A DNA stretch of 46,661 nt. Origin: Asterionella formosa (taxonomy: Eukaryota). The notes beneath the pieces were generated by a model. That model ran no database searches and was not told the DNA's origin. It saw only the letters and a program-made list of their open reading frames with translations. The stretch covers positions 1-46,661 of the forward strand of contig NKIB01014155.1 of the NCBI GenBank assembly GCA_002256025.1. Reading direction: 5' to 3'. Below, piece after piece: positions 37,142 to 46,661 of the stretch. The position numbers were made by a program, and so were the translations under genes. Within the stretch, counting starts at the first letter, position 1, and each line of letters starts with the position of its first letter.

Positions 37142-37870
37142 TTAGTTTAGCTTGGGCATGAACGATCCAATTATGTTTTTGTACAACTCCTCCCGCTTCG
37201 TCCAGCGCTTCTCCACAGTGTTCGCGTCCAGCGACCAAATTTTACCCTTGTTGACACTCAGAGATAACATTTGATGTGTTCCATCCTTAATGGCAAAGTC
37301 AAAGATATAAAACAAGATCCCTTCCGATTGACGTTCACTAGCAGAAATAAGGATAGCATTTCTCTTGGAAGCAAGTGATTCACCGAGTGGCTGCACCGCC
37401 CCCAATACGTTTCTGTCAACGAAATGAAAGCAAAGTTAGCGACGGAAAGCGATGCAACGAGACATACAAGTTAAAGGGGGCTCCTTGTCTACCTACATGC
37501 TGGTTGTAGTAGATTTGACGGGGGTGCTCGAAACCTTGACGTTGTCCCGGGGGTCGACAAGATCTTGCCACTTGACATCGTATGCGCCAACTTCTCCTTC
37601 AAACTTGTTCCAACCGGAGGGAGCCAAGATTCGCCAACCACGTGTTCCGTCCTGATATTTTTCAAGCAATCCTCCCATACGAGTCGTAATCAATGGTGTT
37701 TCTTCGTCGACTTCGGCAAATGCAGGGAATGCGGCAACACCGACGCTTCCAATTACCCCAAAGGCGGCTTTCTCGAACGATTGTCTTCGGGAGATCTCTG
37801 GATTCATTCCTGCAAGGGCAGCAATGCTCATTGGAGTCAAAACAGCGAGAAGGCAAGAAAACCGGGCCAT
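37142..37870 (-). CDS. PsbP-domain thylakoid lumen protein, 2 exons (37870-37497, 37412-37142)
   Basis: Tripartite presequence: ER signal, twin-Arg SRRQ, and hydrophobic stretch ending PAFA. PsbP-fold features YQDGTRGWRILAPSGW, VKWQD, ISASER, FYIFDF, HQMLSLSVNKGKIWSL and EKRW...IIGSF. Intron GTAGGT...GACAG. Confidence 0.88.
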
Positions 37871-38039
37871 TGTGAATTGCGTAAATGATATGGTTGCTGG
37901 GGGGAATTGCTGTTTCTATAATAACTAATGCAATATGCCGACGATGACTCGTATTTTTAGTGATGCGATTTTGCCAACAGCATAGCAAAACGAGAGCGCC
38001 AACACAGGTGGCAGAGTTGTAAACTATCTTACACACGGG

Positions 38040-38192
38040 TACCGGTAGCAGGATACCTGTTCACTGGTTTAGTATACCAGGTACCCGGTACCGGTACCAC
38101 ATATATTGTATGTAGGAGTGCCCGGTGGCTACCGGTACCTGAAACCAGGTAAACCAGGTACCAGGATATTCCAAACTCCGGAGTACCGGTAC
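38040..38192. promoter_or_regulatory. Dense cluster of palindromic TACCGGTA / TACCWGGTA / GGTACC motifs upstream of the PsbP-domain gene
   Basis: taccggta, taccaggtacccggtaccggtacc, ctaccggtacc, accaggtaaaccaggtaccagg and gtaccggtac. A regulatory role is inferred from position only. Confidence 0.4.
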
Positions 38193-38817
38193 AGTATCTT
38201 AGACACATCTATGTACGAAAGCATCGCAAGCATCATGATGATCACGAATCATGATGCTATACAAACATACGTACGTATGCGCTAACAATAGACGTGATTT
38301 GTGAGTCCCGAGAACACGTAGGTGCAGAAATCCGGATGTGGCAATAACTGTTTTGCCGTTTGCTTTGACTCACATGTGGATACCAGGTACCAGGTAACAG
38401 AACTGTACGGTAAATGACCTTACCGTTACTCACCTCCTCAGACTAAATATTTACAACGGTACTCCGTTCCAGGTAGAATACATACCGGTACCGGTACATC
38501 AATTTGCTCGTGCCAAAATATCGCTTAAAACACATTCATATACCGATATGTACATACAAGTACATAAGTAATTACCGTTCTCGGAGTAGCCGGTAGACAC
38601 TGTTACTAAGCAGCTGCTTTATGATAGTTACCGATGATGTTGGTTTTCATATCGAGTTATCATAATACGTATGTACACACGCACGTGTGCCAAATATGTC
38701 ACCGACGACACATTGGTACATATCAGTCCACTACCGGTACACAGTTAGCAGTCTAGCATTTATGTACACAGTAACGGTATATTGTTCATAGGTAGAACCA
38801 GGATCTTCGGTATGTTA

Positions 38818-38865
38818 TCTACGTAATCCATCCTAAATTAAGCTGTCTACGTAATCCATCCTAAA
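38818..38865. repeat. Exact 20-bp duplication
   Basis: tctacgtaatccatcctaaa at 38818-38837 and 38846-38865. Confidence 0.85.
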
Positions 38866-38958
38866 ATAACATGTAATTCGTAAAATTCACCATAAGTACC
38901 AGAAGTATCTTCCTGTAGACCAATATGTAGTTTTGTCCTACTTGGGACATGATGGTAC

Positions 38959-39874
38959 CAGGTACCAGTTATAGATGGCTTTGAGCCACGTTATTACATC
39001 GTTTTCCGACTAATTCTAGAATTATGCTAAAATCGATCCCCTCTTTCGCCCTTTGGCACGATATTAGTTAGTTCATTAAGCTACATGAGAATTGAATCAT
39101 TTTTTTACTTGAACGCATATATACTGAGATCTATCAATTTTAAAAGGGACAAAAACGGCCAAAGTGGCTCAAAGACATTGATTAAAATTTTACCATAGAT
39201 ACAGATATTTTTATAGGTGACAGTTAAAAAATATTATATTTTTTGCTTTTTTGCAGCCAGTAGCTGCATCTTTCCTCTACTGGTGGTGTCGTTCCAATTC
39301 TATCTTGTTGGTCCAATCAAAGTCTCCTTGCATTTTTTCGCAGTAGTCATAGTCATTGCATCATTCTTTGACTGATTGGTGGTCCTCCCATCATATCTTG
39401 TCATGTAATCATAGGAGTGACCAAAGGGTGAGGAAGTGGTACTGTCACAGTTGCAACTGGTACTGCAGCATTGCCATGCATCATGGTGTCATGGTATCTG
39501 GAAAGGAGAAGTTGCTCGCTTGTACCACAATGCCATTGTTTTCGTTTGCGCCAATGTCCACCCTGCTGACTGTTTGTTTAGTTTTCTGATTGCATCAACC
39601 TTGTTTGCAAGTGCTGTGTGTGGATCTATTTCCCGATTCTCTTGCTCACTCTGTACTTTTTCCGCATGCCTCTTCCTTTTCAGCTAGTCATCGACCACTT
39701 CAGGATGATCCAGCAAGCAAGTAAATGCCCACACCGACACCGGCTGATGTAGCTTAATGAACTAACTAATATCGTGCCAAAGGGCGAAAGAGGGGATCGA
39801 TTTTAGCATAATTCTAGAATTAGTCGGAAAACGATGTAATAATGTGGCTCAAAGCCATTTATAACCGGTACCTG
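38959..39874. mobile_element. Non-autonomous DNA transposon (MITE-like) with ~128-bp terminal inverted repeats
   Basis: 38959-39086 is the reverse complement of 39747-39874, with 3 mismatches by eye. The interior has no intact ORF. Confidence 0.85.
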
Positions 39875-40289
39875 TTACCCTGGTAACTGATACCAGGTAC
39901 CGTCCTGGTACCATACCGGTACTGACCTCTAAGAATTTCAACCGGGTTGCGCGCTGGGTGTTGAATTCTTTTTCTTCGCACTACAAGGTACCAATAGCTA
40001 CCGGTAATGTGCCGGTACCTGGTACCAGGAAGGTCCGGTAGTGTGCGTTTTAAGCTCACCTTTTCAGTTACAATTCACTCCCAATGATTCATCCCATGCC
40101 TGCCAGACAAGATAAACCATCTTTTGATGAAAAAAATGTTCCTTAAGTAATTTTGGAAAATGTTACTGTTATTGGCCGATGACGATTTGCAGAATCAAAC
40201 TCTGAATATGACTCAGATTTCCTTCCTGATCAACCAGTTTAGCAAACCGTCTTCTTGCTTCAGAATACAAATAGAAATCATTCCACGTT

Positions 40290-40378
40290 TAGAACTTGCT
40301 GACTAAGACTAGAATTTGCTGATTACAAATAGAAATTGCTGACTAGGAATAGAAATTGCTGCTAACAACTAGGACTTG
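40290..40378. repeat. 20-bp minisatellite, consensus TAGAA(A/C/T)TTGCTGACTAnnAn, about 4.5 copies
   Basis: tagaacttgctgactaagac / tagaatttgctgattacaaa / tagaaattgctgactaggaa / tagaaattgctgctaacaac / taggacttg. Confidence 0.85.
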
Positions 40379-41469
40379 AGGGCGTTCTGAATGACCCTTA
40401 TGCAAATGTAGTACTGGTATATACCTGAACATATGCAACTACGTACTGTATACCCCCTAATAACCATGATAATACTGCTAGCAACATGTTTGAACAAATG
40501 TAACGTTTAGAAATAGTAACAGTAACTATCATTCCTGATGCAACAGCATACAAGAAGGTACCAGCATGTTTACAAATATCATACTACAGATCACATATGG
40601 ATGCTATGGCTCATAGACATAGGATATACTGTATGCTCAGGGTACCCAAGATAGCCATTGTTGACGCTAGTATATTATTTTTTTAGCTTAGGCCCCGTCT
40701 TATGGTGCCCAAATTACGAAGACTGAGTCGCCCAGATACCTGTTGGGCGTTTGATCTTCGTATTTTTGTCCCTTATGGGCTAAATAACTCGCAAATCCCC
40801 CCGATTACGAATATTAATCTTCGTTCGCCCGAATATGTCGGGGATCATCCCCGTTCTTGACCCAATCTTCCTATTTTTGTGAACAATCTTTGTTTCCCGA
40901 AGATTAGTCTTTGGGCAAGAAGCAAAGATTGTCTCCACCAATCAGAATTGCAGAAACAATATATAATCTTCATCACATATACTGATGATATAGTATTCGA
41001 TGCTTCTATAAGTATGATTATTATTGTCATTATTTTTTCATATTATCAATATAATTATCATTACTTCTAATATTTTCATAATGATAATAATTTGTAACAT
41101 GACAATGATGCTTTACAATTGGGTACACCACATGTATCTGCAGTATCTAACACGACATAGATAATACAATCGTAAAAACACAACTGTCATATCATTAATA
41201 ATGACAACGAAAATTGAAGTCGCCAATGGCACATATCTTCATTTACTTTCAACGACGATGCACAATTCAAAACAACAAAGTTACGAGGGGGAAGATTTAA
41301 CACTTTCACAGCATGCAACACGCTACACTATGGTAGTAATCTGTAGCTCGAACCAATTTTTTTGATTCTCTATTTAACAATATATCAATTAATAATCCAT
41401 TGATATTTCAAAATGACTCTTTTGTTTACAAGTACCCAGTACTGATCCAGTTGATGATTGCATATGAAT

Positions 41470-41606
41470 ATAAATTTGCTGACAACGAATAGAAATTACA
41501 GACTACAAAGAAATAGGACTTGCTGACTACAAATTGAACTTGCTGAGTACAAATAGAATTTGCTAACTATGAAAAAAGTTATCTGATGACAACTAGAAGT
41601 TACTGA
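41470..41606. repeat. Second array of the same 20-bp minisatellite, about 6-7 diverged copies
   Basis: aaatttgctgacaacgaa / tagaaattacagactacaaa / taggacttgctgactacaaa / ttgaacttgctgagtacaaa / tagaatttgctaactat. Confidence 0.8.
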
Positions 41607-42296
41607 GCGACTTGTTTACTCGCTATAACCAAACAGTCTTCCAGTTCCTGAATACTATCAAGTCGACTGTAAATGAAAACTATCATGAATATAGGATCAA
41701 GGGTATCATACGCTAAGTGGCTCAGGATTTTTACATATATGATAGTTTTTCGATCAAAAATATGATCAATGTATCATATAATTATGATCATGCAGTAAAC
41801 TTTTACCGAGCTTGAAGTATGATGATACTATCATAGTTATAATCATACCATTGCATCATATAATTAGTTAAACATGGTCATATGATGTGTATACTTTTGC
41901 CATACATCTATTGTAGCATGATTGTAATTCTCATCGATATCACTGTCTAAAATAGGATGAAATTGATCGAAATTTAGTAATATATTTGAGAATGGTTTTA
42001 TGTGGCTTTCTATATCTTGAGTGGCTACAGAATGTTCTACAATGCTCTCATCTCAATGATTGGTGTTTCAGCTTTCACTTCCACATTCCCCCCAATCCAA
42101 TTCTGAATGTTGTTGTACTGGTTGCCTTGCCGTTGTTCCCCTGCGTTGTTCCAATTACTCCTGACGGATTTGAGTTTGCATTCACGCATTTTCTTATTAC
42201 TATTGAATCCGTTCCGTTGTTCCAATCAGAGAAGCAATTCATTGTTAGCTGTTCATGTTTTGCTTACACAACAACATTCATTTCGCTTCTATCTTC

Positions 42297-42975
42297 ACTT
42301 ACCACAAATTGAGGAAGTAACTGATGCATATTTCTGTAGAAGAATGTGTCAGTCTAAGATTGAATGAGAAGCAAAGTATCGATCAATAAATGGGCTCCAA
42401 CACTGCTGTTTGTAACTTACAAATACTGTTTGTCTACAATTATCCTGAAAGAAGCAACACATATGTGTCAGATTTTCTAACAGTTGTATTTTGATCCAAA
42501 GATGGCTGATAGCACTTACCGATTTCTTTTGTCCGCATTGATGGTTGGCCAGCCACCAAATCGAAAAGGAGCTATTGAATACCTGAAAGGGGAAGAGTCA
42601 TTCCGTATTTCCATTCCCAGCAATTGATCATCCTGGCATTTGTTCTTGACAAACCATGATGCTATGCATAGCTTGTTGATTCCGCCCGCCCTTCTCCATC
42701 ATATTCACTCATTCTTATTGTGCTGTATTGTCACTTCAGTTTTTCGCATCATGTGTTGCTTGAGATCCTTCATTTCAGGAAGTGGATGCATGACAAGCAA
42801 AGAACATGAAAGGCATTTGCTCTTGACTTACCATCAATCGATTCCGCCCTTCTCTTCTAAGCCGCAAGTATCATTGTGCTGTAGTATTATCACTTTCGCT
42901 TTCTGCATCATCATCTGTGTTGATCCTTCATTTCAGGAGCAAAGTGTATGTATGACAAGGAACATGAAAACATGA
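42297..42975 (-). pseudogene. Cryptic multi-intron unit with micro-exons and a duplicated exon-intron block
   Basis: GTAAGT donors at 42831, 42519, 42420 and 42302. Pyrimidine-rich CAG acceptors at 42583, 42445 and 42334; two introns (75 and 87 nt) carry CTGAC branch sites. Exons are 63, 24 and 31 nt. Confidence 0.5.
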
Positions 42976-44039
42976 TTTCAAATGTTTCAGCCATGAATAC
43001 ATATATAGAAAGATTTGTAAGAAGTTGAAATGTATATAAAGTTGAACATTTGCATAGTTTTCAACAAGCTCATTACTATATGGCATATCCTGCTGTGTAT
43101 ACTAATATCAATTTTGATTATACATAATTCAAATATATAGTACAATGCATGATGAGTTCATAGTTTTCCATGACCTGTTGAATTTTTTCAATATTTTGTG
43201 TGTGTCAATTCTTGTACCTACAAGTCAGTGGCTGATTTAATTAAGCCCCTAATAGTTTGGAGTCATCACCAATTTTTCAAATGGTCGAAATCATACATTT
43301 ATGTATATAGACATATTGACCAAAATTCATATGGCCTACCGGTAGTACTGTATACTTGCTGGGAATTATTTCTATCATGAAAATGCCACAATATTGCGGC
43401 GGAAAACTGAATATGCTCATGTGTTTAGGATCATTTGATCATTTTTTAAAGATCAATTTATCCTGATTCTTGAAAATAAATGTTGATCGTTCATTTTCTC
43501 ATCAACGACACCGTTTATCATATATCAATATGTTATGATCAAAGGTATAGGATAAACGAATCAAAGTTTATTAATTAAAGATCATAGTTTGTTATACCGG
43601 AGAAGTTGCTCATGCATGCAACTCCTTCCCTCTCCCCCTGCATACAGTACAGAAGTGATAACCCCAAGCAACCAAATTTTTTTATGTCTTGTAACAAATA
43701 TCGCAGCATGCATGCATACTACATGACTCCTACTGGTATATACAATGCGGAAATGATGACCGCCAGCCAGACTACCAATCCTATAGGTCCTGTAGAATTA
43801 TCGCAACATGGCTGCATATTTAATGAAAGGGCGGGAAGAGCCATCCATGCTGCACCTGCATAGTATGAAATATGGAAATGATCAAATATAGCTAGTCTAT
43901 ACACAAGGAGCAGTGCATCATCTATGCCCTGTTATTTCAATTCCTATGAAATCTCTTGATCTGTTCTGCGCTTTTTCGCCATCACAATTGTTTTCATTGG
44001 CTATTTCACTTGACAGCATTCGAATTGATTGTGCTTTGA

Positions 44040-44720
44040 ACGAAGCAATGATCTAAGTCCACACCATGATTGCAGAATGGTGAGTCTCACAACTAAGTAT
44101 CAGCCAGTTGATTAAAATTGGACTGTCTTTTGTGCACCCTTGCTTGTTGTGTTTGTACTTGACTTGGCAACTGTCAGCCAAGAGCAGCCATGGTATGCCA
44201 CCATTTATTGTCTATACAAGTTTCGAATGTGTTCAGCTATGATAAGAACTTTTGCTCCCCCCTCCTAAACACTATCTCACCACCCTTGTCATAGATTTTT
44301 CTTTGTCCTTTGGCTTCACAGGCCCAGGCTACTCAATGCCTTCATCTGCAAGGAGTTCAGCCAATCAGGCCCACGTTGGCGTCAAGAAAACCTCAACCCC
44401 GATTTTCCTCACATGCTCCACCCATTGACTTCTTCATTGATGAAGTCGAGGTAGCTATATTGACGACATCAGGTGGCGCAGGCTTGTTGTGTATAGCTAG
44501 ATTGATGATGCCGAAAGCATTGCTTCCTTTTCCCATAGGTACCTATTTGTCAACATTGTTGTTTGGGTCAATCTATTCTTGTTCCCGCAAGACCAGAAGC
44601 AATTATCACTTTACTTCTCCTCCCAAGAACCTTCATTTCTCTTTCACAATAGTCATGATGTTTGCAGAGCATTTTTAGTTCCCTTTTGATTTTCCCACTG
44701 GTTTTGATCCCTTTTGCATT
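44040..44720 (-). mobile_element. Possible highly decayed LINE apurinic-endonuclease region
   Basis: Only scattered fragments across frames: SSYTQQ, GVEVF/LDAN and GVDLDHC (SDH-like). Confidence 0.25.
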
Positions 44721-46661
44721 AAAGTCAAGAAACAAGCAACTCATTGAGATTTCTGGAGGTTTTGGTCAGTGGCACCATAAAGCAACAATCAACAGATGAT
44801 GGTGGCTGTTCTCCATTTTCTGTAGCAAGTGACAAATTGACATTCAAGAAGGTTCTGGGATCATTGGGGAGAAAAATTAGTAGGATTCTCTGTGTTTTTC
44901 ACTTCCGCCCGTTTGGCAGCCATTCTACCATTGCTTCCTCGCACCAATCAACACTAGCTAGTATAGCTAATGAAAACCGTAATTAGATGAAATGTGACTT
45001 CCGGTTTCTAATATTTTACATTGTTGCACTACTGCTGAAACTTGAATCCATAAATGGTCATTCATCTTGTGCTTCTTGCATTTTTGCAGTTTAGACTTGC
45101 TGGTGTTCGATAGGCCAAAGTGTCTCGCTTTTCATGAACATCTACAAGGTACTAGTGCTTTTGTCGAGATTTGTGTCTAAATCCAACTGCTGCCATCCAT
45201 TGAAATATTCCAGATACATCAAAGAATACGCTCCTGTCTTTAAAGGTAAGGAACTAGTACGATGACAAAAAAATCTGATGAGACATGAAAATTACGAAAC
45301 CAGAATCACAGTGTTACTATAAATAGACAGTTTCATGCTTCTTTGTGCATATCGCCTGCTATGCTGCGTTTCAATTCTAGATGTATTACGTTCTTGTTAG
45401 AGAGACGATGTTAATACCTCTATAATGGATGTTGTTTAGCTATGATTGTGGTTGTAACACTGATTGATGTTCTGGTGACAGACCGGCCGGAAATATTCGT
45501 CTTGTGTGATGAGCCATTTCGTTTTCATTGGATTTCTTTTCAAGCTCTTAACGGATTGCATAGTACGAACATACTGTGAAATGTAAATGATGATTCATCG
45601 AAGACATATGATGACTTGAACGACAAATGAAGATTTTATCACAAAGACTTGTTCCTCTCGACAAGGCTGGTTTGTCGTTGTTGCAAGAATCAGAGTGAGG
45701 ACTGGCGAGGATGATGAGCCAAACCACATTACTCTAACTGGTACATTATCCTACCAAGAAATTTAAATAAAGGAACCTAAAAGAAACAATACATATAATA
45801 ATTAAATTTCCATAGTCAAAAGGGTTACTATTTAAATTACGAGGGCATTTCTCAAAACTATTAGATGAGATAACGAAAAATTATGATCAGATGATCATAA
45901 TCCCATGATGCATCATGGAAATATGATAGGTTGCAGACGCTGTAGAAGTAGTTGAAGACGATTTTGATGATTAGAAGGTGACTTGGATTAACTGAATGAT
46001 AATTCAATGGCAAAGAATGTTACTTAAGAGACTTTGGAATGGAATTCCAGCAGTAGGCTTGGGACAAATCATTGGGAGTGAATCGAAACTGAATAAATTC
46101 GCATAAAACGTGTGCTACTGGGCCTTCCAGGAGGTAGTACTGTACTCATGCACAATTGCTTCACGTTCATTTTTATCACAGTTAGCTGCTTTATGGACAC
46201 GAAGTGTGACAGTCAGTATACTGGTAGGTCCGGTAATCAGCGCACATAGCGTGCAGGTTGCTCGTTTGCTGTTCATCGATTCCCGTATGAGAAAAAGGAA
46301 GAGGTATACCCCAAAAAATGTCGAACCCCAAAATTTTGCGCCACTCCGATATTCTTTAAATAGTCTTTTACATAAGCGTTAAGCCATTACTCCTTTTATT
46401 GTCAAAATGAACTTCAAGTCAGCAGTCAGCGATTTTTTCAAATTTTCAGCGAATCAAGTCAGCAGTCAGTAGTTAGCAAGTTTATGTCAGCATTTTTACG
46501 ATAGTACTGGCGGTACATGGTGGTAGCAATATCACAAAGTAGATAGCAATGAATTTTTTTAGGCATCAATGTCGATTTCACAGTTTATTATGATGTACGG
46601 AGTACCAGGTACCAGGTACATCTAAGACGCGAAATACGCCACTTTTCGAAATTTCGTCTAC

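Noticed and set aside
40290..41606. CRISPR array
   Set aside because: The 20-bp units are contiguous and degenerate with no unique spacers. There are no cas genes and the context is eukaryotic.
45100..45760. Plus-strand splice-like sites (aag|gtacta, ccag|, aag|gtaagg)
   Set aside because: I could not assemble a consistent reading frame.

Overview
AT-rich eukaryotic nuclear DNA, most likely from a (pennate) diatom. The evidence is short GT-AG introns, bipartite signal-plus-transit plastid presequences with ASAF-type cleavage motifs, a cyclase-phosphodiesterase fusion and CoDi-like Copia relics. About ten intact genes lie in islands: nitroreductase, a 5-exon TRP-like channel, a candidate securin/PATRONUS-like protein, plastid inositol monophosphatase, a plastid cyanobacterial-type DprA/Smf-fold protein, a membrane nucleotide cyclase-PDE fusion, an SGNH-fold membrane protein, a DxD glycosyltransferase-like protein, DDB1 and a lumenal PsbP-domain protein. 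The spacers between them hold decayed mobile DNA (Copia RT, LINE 3' end, piggyBac-like and KolX-like relics, and a young element with 128-bp terminal inverted repeats) plus tandem repeats. The most notable signals are the candidate diatom securin, a palindromic TACC(W)GGTA motif upstream of nearly every gene, the KolX/P2X7-ballast-like relic, and a cryptic micro-exon unit near 42.3-43 kb. All calls come from motif recognition by eye; no searches were run.
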